DNA of 61,530 nucleotides from Macrostomum lignano (Eukaryota): NCBI GenBank assembly GCA_002269645.1, contig NIVC01004080.1, positions 1 to 61,530 of the forward strand, read 5' to 3'. Shown piece by piece: positions 1 to 12,084 of this stretch (position 1 is its first letter; each line of letters starts with the position of its first letter). The notes under the pieces were generated by a model. It saw only the letters and a program-made list of their open reading frames with translations, ran no database searches and was not told where the DNA came from. The position numbers and the translations under genes were made by a program.

Positions 1-1
1 C

Positions 2-32
<31 letters not shown>

Positions 33-146
33 GCAACAATCAATCAATCACCAACCAACAATCAATCAATCAATCAATCAATCAACCAACCACATCAATC
101 AACCAACCAACCAATCAATCAATCAATCAACCAACCAACCAACCAC

Positions 147-177
<31 letters not shown>

Positions 178-197
178 CAATCAACCAACCAACCAAT

Positions 198-228
<31 letters not shown>

Positions 229-491
229 CCAACCATCAATCAAATCAATCAATCAATCAATCAATCAATCAACAATCAATCATTCACTCAACCACTCATC
301 ATCAACCAATCATCAATCAATCACCAATCAACCAACCAACCAATCAATCAATCAATCAACCAACCAACCAACCAACCAACCAATCAATCAAACAATCAAT
401 CAACCAATCAACCAACCAACCAACAATCAACCAAGCAATCAATCAATCAATCAACCAATCAACCAACCAATCAATCAATCAACCAACCAAC

Positions 492-530
<39 letters not shown>

Positions 531-665
531 CAACCAATCAATCAACCAACCAACAACCAATCAATCAATCAATCAACCAATCAACCAACCAACCAATCAA
601 TCAACCAACCAATCAATCAATCAATCAACCAATCAACCAACCAACCAATCAATCAACCAACCAAC

Positions 666-740
<75 letters not shown>

Positions 741-744
741 CCAA

Positions 745-795
<51 letters not shown>

Positions 796-966
796 CAACT
801 CAACCAACCAATCAATCAACCAACCAATCAATCAATCAATCAACCAATCAACCAACCAACCAATCAATCAATCAATCAACTAACCAACCAACCAACCAAC
901 CAACCAATCAATCAATCAATCAACCAATCAACCAACAATCAATCAATCAACAACCAACCAACCAAC

Positions 967-1010
<44 letters not shown>

Positions 1011-1030
1011 GAATCAATCAATCAATCAAT

Positions 1031-1061
<31 letters not shown>

Positions 1062-1154
1062 CCAATCAACCAACCAACCAATCAATCAACCAACCAATCA
1101 ATCAATCAATCAACCAATCAACCAACCAACCAATCAATCAACCAACCAACCAAT

Positions 1155-1216
<62 letters not shown>

Positions 1217-1258
1217 GTCAATCAATCAATCAATCAATCAATCAATTAATAAATCAAT
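1..1258. repeat. (CAAT/CAAC)n tetranucleotide microsatellite, inside the intron of the tetraspanin-like gene
   Basis: Continuous caat/caac units from the window edge to ~1258. Confidence 0.97.
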
Positions 1259-1303
1259 TAATTAGTCATAATCAATTAATGCCTGTTATATAGTTAGGCT
1301 CAC

Positions 1304-1522
1304 CGACACGAGAGCAGTCCTGTTCTTAGCGATCATGGCTGACAGACCCACGAAGCTCGCGATCGCAGTGAAAACGTGAGTGAGCAAGTCGAATATTCTC
1401 TCGTTTGAGTTCTCTGTCTGGAACCGGATGTACGAGATGATGCAGAAGGAGATTCCGCTGAACAAAATTAGTATGTTGGCCGTCATGAGAAAGATGGCCC
1501 AGCACTGCTTTGTGCCCACCAT
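1304..1522 (-). CDS. Tetraspanin-like membrane protein, first coding exon (gene continues off the left edge)
   Basis: ATG at 1522 gives 73 codons, MVGTKQCWAIFLMTANILILFSGISF...FTAIASFVGLSAMIAKNRTALVS, ending at a GTGAGC donor (1303, phase 0). Two hydrophobic helices around a short loop followed by a GxxA..KNR.AL-like motif resemble tetraspanin TM1-SEL-TM2. Family assignment is by motif resemblance only. Confidence 0.5.
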
Positions 1523-2049
1523 TTCTGTTAAAACTATTTAATCGCAATGATCTACGCTACAATTTCTTCAAACTAAGCTTTTCGATCAGCCAGTCTCTTG
1601 TCTATCTCGCCTGCTTTCTTTTGAGCAAATTGAATGCAGTAGCTGCAGTTTCGGCCATAGACTATTCGGCAGCAATCGGTGGCGAAATTTTCTCGGTAAA
1701 ATTTCAGTTTGTATGCAAGCGAGCTACATAGACGCCTAAATGAGAGTAGCATGATCACATTTAACCAAAAAGTAGTGAGAATGGGTAGCTTTAACACCAC
1801 CATAGTTTGTGAGCTCACTGACCTCGAGAGATGAAACAAGTGAGACGGTCAACACACTTTGGTGTACAGGGAGCGACATACTTAATGTCATTAGCATTAC
1901 TTTAGTTCATTTATTCGGCTTCCACTGCGTCATAGGAGTGCACATAGATAGTAAGAGACCTGTTTACCAGCTCAGTGCCATACAAACGAAAAAGCAATTG
2001 CAATAAAATTTGACAGTTGTGATGGCATTTCCCATATTGCGGTGAAGAG

Positions 2050-5000
2050 TTACAGGGCACCTTTGCTGGCTTTCTGAGCCATTTCATCGCACGACTTCAC
2101 CAGCTTCACGAACACCTGGTCCAGCGACATCTGGTAGAAGGCCCAGTAGCTCACCCCCAGACGGCTCTGGTTGGCCGCCAGCCACCTCAGCGCGTCCGAC
2201 AGGCTGCGCACTGCCGACTTCGGCACTGAGAACTGCATGACCAGGCCCAGGCCGAGGTCCTCCTGCGTCTGCGCTCCTTTGAACTGCTCCAGCACCGCAG
2301 TCTTGATCGAATGTCTTCTCTGTTTTATCGCCGACTCGGTCACCGGCTCCAGCAGCAGGTCCAGCGTGTACGCGTCACCGTGGCTGCAGATGGGAGTAGA
2401 AAGTGTCAATGTGCAAAGGGGACAAAGTATTCTGCATATTAACACATAAAATGGAATCTATAAAGCAGAGGAACTCTTTGTGTTCAACAGTTAGAAATGG
2501 CAACCATTCGGCACATTTGGAAATCAAAAAGTCAGCTCACCGGCTCCTCAGCTGCTGCACGGTGCCCACCGAGATCATCCTGCCCTTGTTCATGATGCCG
2601 ACCCGACTGCACAGAGCCTCGACCTCCTCCATGCTGTGAGTCGTGACCATGACAGACCTTTTCTTGTGCACCATGCGGCGGATGGCGCCCCAGATGAAGC
2701 GCTTGTTCTCGGGATCTACGCCGGTCGAGGCCTCGTCGATGACGATGAGCGCCGGGTCGCCCAGCAGAGCGATGGCGAGGCAGAGACGCCGCTTGCTGCC
2801 AGCCGACAGCTGGCCGGCCTCCGTGTTCCAGTGCTGTGCCAGGCCCAGACTCGTAATCAAACTGTTAGTCTGGCGCTCCGCCTCGATCGAGTTGAGACCG
2901 CGGATGTCCGCGTAGAAGCGGATGTGCTCGGCCACGGTGATGCTGTTGAACAGCGGGTTGTGCTGCGGGCAGTAGCCGATGGCGCCGATCTGAGCAGCCT
3001 CCCGGCTGAGCATCCACGTGTTCGAGTGCAGACGAACCTTACAGACACCTTCAGTGGCGGCCTCCTCGCCGACAATCACCGACATGGAGGTGGACTTTCC
3101 GGCTCCGTTCGCGCCCAGCAGACCGAAGATCTCGTCAGTCATGGCTCCGTATGTGACTCCTCGAACTGCGTGAACTCCGTTTGCATAAGTCTTGCGCAAG
3201 TTCCGCACTTCCAGCACATTTCTCTTATTCAAAGGTGCTACAAGAACTCTTTCCGCTTCATTTCGAGCACCTTCGTCCATTTCGCTATTTGACTCGTACG
3301 TTGCATTGTCAAGAGCTCCGGAGCAGCAGACGCCAGTAAAAGTCACTCTGATTATGGAACTGTTCTCGGCAAGACAGATGATGCCGCTCAGGATCACAAT
3401 GTGCACTGGCATGGCTAGCAGTGCGTAAAATATGGCCGGATTTTTGTTAATGCTTTCCATCAGACCGGGCAGTGCGGAGCCACTCGGAGAGTTATAGTAT
3501 TCCCGTTTGTAAAACAAATAAGCGAGGCAGCTGTAGATCAGCCCGAGCGGCGCTGCGGGAGGCACCAGCCAGACTAACAGCTGCAGAGCAATGGAGTTGC
3601 TGATATGTGTGATGGCAAGGGGCATAATCACCACGAACATGTTGCAGAACACGGAGACGATGGTGCTCCTGGTCCGAGTGACGGCCGCTATGGCATAGAT
3701 CGTCAGCAGGTTAGATACAATTCCAAAGATGTAAGCCGGAAGAAAAGCCATCAGGGTGAGATACGCCGATCTGTACGCCTCCGAAATCATTAAAAGAGCA
3801 ACTGCAGACATGAAGCAGAGCGCATACTGAATCCAGTGCATGGCAAATGTGTTCATCCAATAGGCGAACAAGCCCATCCCGGTGGACATAAGATGGCTTC
3901 TCACTCTGCTGCTCATGTCTTCAATTGGATCGTTCAAATAGGAGACGGGGAAAAGGCAGATGGCGTAGAAGAAGGCCTGCATGGAGATTCCAGTGCGTAC
4001 AGACGCGCCCACGGGTCGAATAAAGGATAAGGCGGTCGTGTTCTCGACATCAGAAATTCCAAACACCCGAAATACTTTTGCCAGCGCCCTGCGGTATATA
4101 TGAACAGCGGCACCCTGGGTGTCATCACTAATCAGTACTCCAACAGTGACGGAGCGCTGTGTATCGGGTATGCTTTCCAACCATGACGAAGCATAATATA
4201 ACACACAAGGCGGTAAGGAACCGTCTTTGTTTATCCAGCCATTGTACTTGAGATGGCGTAAAATTTCCTTCCTTGTAGTATCATTCGACAGAAACTCCTT
4301 CAGACTTTGGGCAGCGGGCTTGTAAACAATGATAGGAATTTTGCCTTCCTCTGGATCGTGCAAAGCCAGAGATTCGCAAATTTTTATGTGCGACAGGCTG
4401 TCTGAGCTCCCATCAACTATGCAGGCGGTAGCCAGCGAGGCGTCGCCGAAGTCCCGACTGCGAATCGCCGAGGCCGTGGTTAGCATGCCCATCTGGATTG
4501 TTTCCGCGTCATTCAGACTGCTTATCGATGTGTCCTTAAAAACAAGCGAGCCAGCGCATATGAGCGCCAACAGTGCCGTGGGCACCAGAAACCTGCTCAT
4601 TAAACTGGACGTGACGCGTAGCTGCCGCTTGATGTTCATGGAAAAAAGTACCAAAAACTGCTTCGTCACCGATGCGTAATGTAAATTTCGTTGGTGGAGC
4701 TTTGTGGGCTCTTTGTTTCCAGTGTCTTGAACTGACGCACCCAAGTATTCTAAATGGTTCGGTGCCAAAAGAGTGCCCATCTTAAAGGCTTCGATAACTT
4801 CGTCGGATTCCATTCCACTAAGCCTCATAAAGATGTCGCCCAGAGATGCTTGCGACAGGCCAAAAGTCTCGACCTCGGTGCTGGTCTCCAGAACATGAAC
4901 TGCTTCCGTTAAAATTGACGAATCCAAAGCTGGAACTTGCAGCCGAAGCTCGGTTTCTTCATGGCTTTTCACATGGACCTGCTTCAGCTTGGCCAGCAGC

Positions 5001-7283
5001 GACTCCGCGCCTGACTTGGACTTCAGCGACACATTCAGCGTGAAGCTGCAGCCGAACGCTCGCTTCAGAAACATCGAAGACCCAGCGCACACGATCTTGC
5101 CGCCGCACAGGAAGATCTTGCGGTCTGCCAGGATGTCCGCCTCGTCCATGAACTGCGTGCACAGGATGATGGAGCGGACGCTCTTCTCCTCCTGCAGCAG
5201 CTGCCACAGCTGCCGCCTCGACACCGGGTCCAGTCCGCTCGTTGGCTCGTCGAGGAACACAACGTCCGGGTCGCCCAGCAGAGCCAGGATCGTGCTCACC
5301 TTCCTCTTCTGACCGCCGCTCAGGTCGCAAGACAGCACATCCTCCTTGTCTCCCAGACCGAGTCTCTGCAGCATTCCGCGAGCTCTCTCCAGCTGGCTGG
5401 TGTCGCTGGCCGCCCTGCTGACCAGCGTGACTCGGATGCACTCCATCACGGTGAGCGAGTCGCAGAGGGCGTCAAACTGCGGACACTTGCTGATCCGACC
5501 TCTGAGCGACAGACGGAGCAGCGGGCTCGTCACCAGACAGCCGCCGATGTGGGCCGTTCCCTCGTCTGGCAGCTCCTCGCCTGTAAGGACCTTGATGAGC
5601 GTCGACTTGCCAGCGCCGTTGTGTCCGATGAGAGCCGTGATCTGGCCTCGGTAAATGGTGCCTACAACACAATTTGGGAGGCATGTTTACAGGTACAGAT
5701 ATTTTCAACTCGTTAATACTGAGCGACCAGCTTTGCTACTTACATGATAATTTGTTTAAAACAATCGGAGCTTCGGAGCAGCAAAGGCAGACGTTGCTGT
5801 AACTCTTGCTGAGCTCTTCAACAACAACAACAGGGTTGAGCCGCATCACAGGCTCGATGTGCGGTTCGCTTTCAGTAGCTTTCTTTGTTCCCACACTTTC
5901 ATCTCGCAGGTTTCGAGGAAACCAGAACTCGGCCGTGACTGGGTAGTAGGGCGCCAGGCAGAGTCCGTTGCCAGTCTTCAGAAGAAAGTCTAAGTACACC
6001 AGCAGCAGTATTTGAAGCAGAAGAGAAACCAAATTGGCTGCCAGAATGTTGGAGAAGCGCAAAGCGTCGTCTTCTCCGATGCTCATTTCAGTCCAAAGCT
6101 GCTCAACGGCAGAGTTCATTCGCCCAGCAACAAATTCCTTTGCGAACATTGGCGGGAAGAAATACAGCACGTAGGGCGCCTTTTTTGCCAAATAATCGCT
6201 GAATGAGAATGCCAAAACAAGGCCGACGTTAATTTTGATCGCCACGATAGACACAAGCAGCATTGACGGCAGCAGCATCTCCAGAAGCAGCAATAGGGCC
6301 GACAGGTTAAGGCTGAAAAGAGTTACAAAAAAATACATTTGAGCAATGGCTGCGGCTGAATAAAGCCCAGGACACTGCATAGCGTGGGACACCATGAATA
6401 CTCCGGCGAACACGAGGCACTCGGTGAGCGTGAAGAGCCAGACAACAAGCCAGTAGGCAGACACGGACAGGCCGCATTGAAACTGCTGCTGCAGGAAGCC
6501 CTCAGATTTGAGAATGTGAACGCAGGAAACGGTGGAGATGAGCAGGTAAAAAGTCACCCCAAAAGCTGCTAGTGAGACAGTAAAAGGTGTGCCATTTTCA
6601 GTGAGCCTGGACAGCTCGCCGCTATTGATCCAGTCGGCGCAAACCGAGTTCGGTAGGGATAAATTTTTTCTTCTCTCCGAATTCTCGGCTTGTTGAGGCT
6701 TCACCGACTGTCCAAAGTTGTGCACTTCAAACAGCTGCACGTTTATCGCAGTTTCATTTCGCGGTCTCAAATGTGCTGACTGGACCATGGCCTGGTAGAT
6801 AAAGGCGCACATGAGATGAGAATTCCCTTCGTTAAGACAGTCCAGGACGTGTCGCGACTTCTCCGATTTGCTTGAGTACCGCAGATGCGCAACGACTGAG
6901 GCATCGGACTGATGAATGAGCCTCTCTCTGCAGTCGGTCTCCGCTCGGCAGTCCTCGATCCAGCTGCCGTCGCCGCTGGCCAGGATAAGGCTCGACGTCT
7001 TTTCCTCGTCCGAACGATCCAACAGGACTTTCACCTGCGCTGCCGCGAACTCTCGGGTGCCATAGAACACAATTTGGCGTCCATCTCCTGCGGTACGAGT
7101 TCGAGGTCGCATGCTCATTTGCCAGGGCAGCACGTACAGGTTGGAAATCAGCAGCAGGACCGGAACAACAATGAAGACATTCCGCCATGCCTTCAGCTTC
7201 AGTAGGAGCAGAAGCAGAAATCCAAACTGACGGATGCAGTTTGGAATGCTGGTCGATTGCTTGCACTCGACGCTCGGGGTCAT
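2050..7283 (-). CDS. ABCA: Full-size ABC transporter, subfamily A (most like the ABCA5/6/8/9/10 group), about 1664 aa, 3 exons
   Basis: Exons are complement(5744..7283, 2541..5661, 2050..2383). Introns 5662..5743 (GTAAGT..TAG, phase 1) and 2384..2540 (GTGAGC..CAG, phase 2) keep the frame, for 4995 nt in total. TMD-NBD-TMD-NBD layout. NBD1 has GHNGAGKST, LSGGQKRK, VFLDEPTSGLDP and QFMDEADILADRK. NBD2 has GANGAGKST, LSAGSKRR, IDEASTGVDP and THSMEEVEALC. Confidence 0.93.
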
Positions 7284-8836
7284 GGACGAGCTGTACTATG
7301 TGCTCTGGTGGTTCGCGTTCCAGCTTTGTTTCTCGGTCCAGGCAATATGTAGTAACACACTGCTACTAATTGTCAGCGAATTTGGTTTGCTTGCCTTTCC
7401 TATTTACCCCATCCAAGGACTACTGAACATAACAACTCAGGATGTTACACTCACGAATGGTGGAAATTCTAGAAAAGGCCGCTTGCTTCAGCTGTCTATG
7501 GCAATGAAGTCCCTTTTCAATAAAGCTGCGAACGCTTCATATATCGCCACCTAATTACATCCGGCATAAAATTTTTGCCCTCGTGTTTTATAAATATATT
7601 TTTGTCGCTACTCAGTATAAAACTACGAGTATAAAGCAAACGTAGAAGGCTATAAAAAGTCGGAGCACACTCGTACGAGATATGCTGTTAAGTTTTTGTT
7701 CGAAAGAAACAGTTTTTTCGTTGAACCGCATAGAGAATCAAATACATTGATACTACTGACACTCGCAAAAATCTCAGTGACAGTCGCCAGGAACTTGAAA
7801 TTTACTGTGTTCCTTCACATCCAGACAGGTTTCAGTTTGTGAAGCCTCGAAGTTTCGGAGTCTCTGCGCGCATTTCCTTTAGCCAGCCTCCGAGACACTC
7901 GACACAGCTGATCAGGATGCAGTTAAACATCCGAAACATTCTCGAAGATGTTCTCAAACACAAGCGCGTAACTGTTAACACAGCGCTGCCCAGAGTCAAG
8001 AGGATGTGCACCAAGACTCAGTTGAAAACTCAGCTTCCCTCGAGACACTGGCATGGTGAACTCGCTACAAGCAGTCGAAGTATCCATACCAGGCAAGTTT
8101 GTTTCAATCGTTCGGTCGGCAGATTCTCTTTGTGACGCAATGCAACCACAAATGTAGTAAAGAGAGGCTTTTTGCGCGATAGAAAGTCCAGCAACGGATG
8201 AAGGGTCGTTGGGTCGCGCATGGCTGCTGATTCGTTTTATCGGATGAGTCAGGAGGGAGCGAGGAGAGCCTGGAGAGATCAGGGCGAGTCAGGATTGAGC
8301 AGGGAGCAAGGGGAGTTAGGATGAATGAGTTAAGAGGGAGCAGTGTGAGAGTCAGAGGGAGCAAGGTAAATAATTTATAAACCTGTTAAGTGCTTTTAGC
8401 TCGTAGAACAGGGAAGATGAAGGCTGAAAGTATACTGCCTTCATTCTGTCACCATTGCGACTCCAGACCGCTACGGTGTCACAAGACAAGTCGTATTCCA
8501 AAAATTCATGTAATAGGCATGTAAGTAGTAACTTTAGTAAAAAATTGCTTGTATTTAGTTAGTTAGGGCTAGAGATTTACTTTGAGAATTCGTATGTGTA
8601 TGTTAAGTATAAGATATAACCAACTCATCTTACTTTTCAGGTTTCAGGATCAAGTAAGCTAGTCTATAATAACTTGCTCAGCATGCATTCCAGATGCTAT
8701 TTTTAGAAACCTACGCCATTACGCTATCGCACTTTACTCTATGGTATAGTGTGTCTACTTCAGCAGTCTTGCAGCTTTCATTTGATATTGAATTATTTAT
8801 TTCATTATCCGACGCTTGCCGTGTGAGTCCGACGGA

Positions 8837-9294
8837 ATGGTGCAACTGCAGCTTCTCCTGATGTTTCTCATTCTCTCAGACAGTTTTGGTGAGTCCTTGG
8901 TTTGATTGAATGATTTGCTAGCTTTTTTACGCTATTCCAAGAAATTGCCAGTCATTGATGATAGAAATTGCAAAACATGATTGATTAAATGAGGTATACA
9001 AGTTGTCACCAGATTCCAACGCGAGTTAAGAGTTTTGTTGCTGAAGAGGATCATGTGAACTTATGCTCATGCATCATGCTGCAATATGTCAAAAAACTAA
9101 AGATTAAAGCCAGCTTGCACCTGTGCACCAACTACATTATAGTTTCGGAGGCCGCCGTCACGGACAAGACCATGTACTGCGCTCCGCTGGGCACTTCGTG
9201 CGACGACTTTTACGTTCGCTGCTGCGTGGGCCAGTGCAAATTCGCTTTTGTGTTTGACAATAAGCCAGTTTACATTTGCTCGAGACAAGACTAA
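8837..9294 (+). CDS. Secreted six-cysteine knottin-like (ICK, C-C-CC-C-C) peptide, 67 aa, 2 exons
   Basis: Exon 1 (8837..8888) encodes MVQLQLLLMFLILSDSF+G and ends at a GTGAGT donor. Exon 2 (9143..9294) follows a TAG acceptor in the matching phase 1. The spliced product is MVQLQLLLMFLILSDSFVSEAAVTDKTMYCAPLGTSCDDFYVRCCVGQCKFAFVFDNKPVYICSRQD: a signal-peptide-like N-terminus plus C-x6-C-x6-CC-x3-C-x13-C. Confidence 0.75.
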
Positions 9295-9318
9295 CCCTAA
9301 CCCTAACCCTAATCCTAA
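9292..9318. repeat. Short interstitial telomeric-type repeat (TAACCC)n
   Basis: taaccctaaccctaaccctaatcctaa begins at the knottin stop codon. Confidence 0.7.
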
Positions 9319-10178
9319 TTAGTTTGTTAACCGAACAAAAGTTACACCATGAAATTATTATTCAATTATAGCATTGAAGTTTCAAGATCAGTGCAACAAG
9401 GCGTTATCTTTTTGTTTATTTCACGAATCGTTCCAGGCATGTAGCAGACGGTAGGTAAGCAAAAAGCATGATGATATTTACATAAAAGAACAGCTGGAAT
9501 CCAGCTGTTCTGTGGCCGACTTTAGCGCCAGAAATCAGTTGCGTTGGACGACTCGAGCGGAACTCGCAACTTGTACAAATTTAAAATGTCACAGCTGTAG
9601 TAGGAAAATGGTACAGTTTGGCGCACGTCGCTGCGAGGGAGAGCCAATCAGCAATGAGGAGGCCCGGAGGCGGGGCGGGGCAGGCCGGAGGAAGGGGTGG
9701 GGCAAGCCTAGAGTGGGGGTCGGGCAAGCCAGAGGTGGGGAGCAGGCCAGATGAGGGGTCGGGTAGCTGAGTGTCTGGCTGAGTGTCCAAGGGTGTCGAG
9801 ATGCGAGTGAGTGTCCATTGGTGAGTGTCCTCTACCGTGTGTGGTGACACGCAAGACAGAGTTTCAGTGTGATCGGTCAACGGGTAGAGGATCCGATTGC
9901 TTGGAATTTCCGAGTAGAGTGGGGAAGAGATTCTATTGGTCGAGAAAGCATTTAAAGTGAAGTGATTGAAGTAAAGTAGCTCGTACTCATTTTTAGAATA
10001 GTGGGTTTGCCTTTTTGCCCAGCAAGCCGATGTCGACTTACTTTGGGAATGTTGCACAGGAGCACTTGAAATTGGAATTCATTCATTTGGAATTCAGCAG
10101 TACAGAGAGTGAGATGTTGGGAATATACAAAAACTAAAGGCTAATTGCATTTTGCATCGTCAGCGAGGTAAGTCTCAA

Positions 10179-11240
10179 CTACCCAGGCACTGTGCCGGCC
10201 TCACCGGAGCTCTCCGAAGCCGCAGTCGCCGCGGACCTGCCGTCTGCTGGCTCGTCGGCATCATAGCGCCGCAGCCTGCGCTGCTCCCTCCAGCCGGCGC
10301 AGGTGATGAACTCGCGAAACTTGGGCATGAAGATGAGGTAGAGCAGCGGATTGACGGCGCTGTTGAGGCTGAGCAGGAATGAGTCCACGCTGTCGAGGGC
10401 GCCTCGCCTCTCAATCGGCACTCCAACGGTGAAGAGCAGGAAGCTGATCGAGTCCGTGGCGAACAGGAGGACAAAGGCGCCGCTGGTGACGCAGGTCATG
10501 AGGGTCAGTCGTTTGGTTGGTCCGTCCATTCTGCTGCCGCGGCTGCACATCTCGGCCTGCGTCTTGCTGGAACGCAGGAACGTTCGCAGGATCACCAAGT
10601 ACATACTGATGGACAGGACTGTTGGCAAAATCCAAAACAGAATCACGTAGCTGATTCCAAAGGCGATCGCCATCTGCTGGTTTTCTCGGCTAAACTCGCA
10701 ATGCTTCCACACGCCAGGTTCGGCGGTTGTATTCACTGATGTGCTGTTGCTAAGCAACGGCGAATCGTCCGGTGTCTTCACCAGTATCATCGCCAGGAAG
10801 CAGAAGGGCACCTGCACAAAGAATGGGGCTGCCAGCACGGCCGCAATGAAGCAGCCCGCAAGCAGGCACTGGTGACTCTTGTACCAGCTGTGCGCGGAGA
10901 GACAGCAGCAGCGCTCAACGGCCAGGCATGCGAGGTTGTAGACACTCATGCACACCAGAGCCCAGTGGAAAATCTCGCTGTAGGCCAGCTTGCAGTAGGC
11001 CTCCCAAATCGAGTCGGGAAGAGACTGCGATGGCAGCGGGAAGAACTCAAAGTACTGAAGGTTGAGAAGATTGAGCAGCATCTGGAGCGAGTCGATGACC
11101 GCTTGACTGCGGAGCAGATGCGAGCAAAGCGGCTTGCCAATCTTGTGCCGGACGCCGAACACCAGAAATGTGATGTTGAGCACCAGAGCCGGCACCAGCA
11201 GGACGCTGAGAACCACTCGGAGAACGGATGTGGCATCCAT
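10179..11240 (-). CDS. Intronless class A (rhodopsin-like) orphan GPCR, about 353 aa
   Basis: First ATG at 11240 (MDATSVLRV). Seven hydrophobic segments, CLAVERCC at the DRY position, FWILP in TM5, and LNSAVNPLLY (NPxxY) in TM7 followed by a helix-8-like FMPKFREF. Confidence 0.9.
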   Translation of the reverse strand: MDATSVLRVVLSVLLVPALVLNITFLVFGVRHKIGKPLCSHLLRSQAVIDSLQMLLNLLNLQYFEFFPLPSQSLPDSIWEAYCKLAYSEIFHWALVCMSVYNLACLAVERCCCLSAHSWYKSHQCLLAGCFIAAVLAAPFFVQVPFCFLAMILVKTPDDSPLLSNSTSVNTTAEPGVWKHCEFSRENQQMAIAFGISYVILFWILPTVLSISMYLVILRTFLRSSKTQAEMCSRGSRMDGPTKRLTLMTCVTSGAFVLLFATDSISFLLFTVGVPIERRGALDSVDSFLLSLNSAVNPLLYLIFMPKFREFITCAGWREQRRLRRYDADEPADGRSAATAASESSGEAGTVPG

Positions 11241-12084
11241 CTTTAGAGCGCGCGTTCGTCTACTTAGAAAGCGTATAACGAGTGCCAAATATTGATGTTG
11301 CCAAATATTTACAGTTATTGATGACTAATTCTTGTCGCCATGAAGGTAGACAGTTTACCTACTAACTAATTTCAAGAGTGAGGATGCTGTCTTTCGAAAA
11401 TTGTTTTTCTTAATACTCGATGCACGGTGGTATGTTTTACTCTGAGTCCGTCTAGCAAGCAGAGACTAAATATATGCGGTGCAGAACGGTTTCTAACCGT
11501 GCTCACCGCACAGAAGATGTGCAGTGCAGCCTTATAAGAACAATTTACTCAGTTCAAATAAATATTCGTTGTGTGCGTCTTTCCCCGTCCCGTTGAAACA
11601 CAGAAGCGAAGTTTCTCTTGCCTCGCGTATACGTTGGAGCATTGCGGTGCACAATGGCTACTATTGAGCTGGACGAGCTAGCTGGCAGAAGCTACATGCC
11701 TGACACTACTAGCAGTAGCATTATTTGTAGCAGACATCAAATTTCCACACTGTGAGGACCACTAGAAGAAGTGGAACGGGACTTGTCGCTTCTTGGAATC
11801 CGTTAAAAATTTCAAGTTTCCAAAGAAAAATGCAAACTAAGAAGAGTTTATTTCTGCTTCAAAGGCTCGTTCTCATCGCCATAAAATTGGCCTTATTAGA
11901 CGGCGATGTGAACGAGTAAAACTTTGCCTCCACTGACAACCCGACAAAGAACACATAACAAGGGACAAGGATCAAGGATCTAGGGACAAGGCTCTAGTAT
12001 CAAAAACAATAACATGAATCGTTTCTTTGTATTGTCTCTAATACTGTCACACAGAGATGAACTCTTGTTTATCTAACTCGGGGA

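Noticed and set aside
1009-1293. 94-aa NQSI-repeat ORF
   Set aside because: Translation of the (CAAT)n microsatellite.
2636-5654. Numerous antisense and alternate-frame ORFs over the ABCA exons (similar ones overlie RAD9 and RIC8)
   Set aside because: Shadow ORFs expected from high G/C at third codon positions of the real genes.
7839-8135. 98-aa + strand ORF between ABCA and the knottin gene
   Set aside because: GTG start, no recognisable motif and no convincing splice partner.
8989-9294. Unspliced 101-aa ORF as the knottin gene
   Set aside because: Its N-terminal half is intron sequence with no signal peptide. The spliced 67-aa model explains the region better.
11241-11288. 16-codon N-terminal extension of the GPCR in the ORF track
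   Set aside because: It starts at TTG. The first ATG is at 11240.
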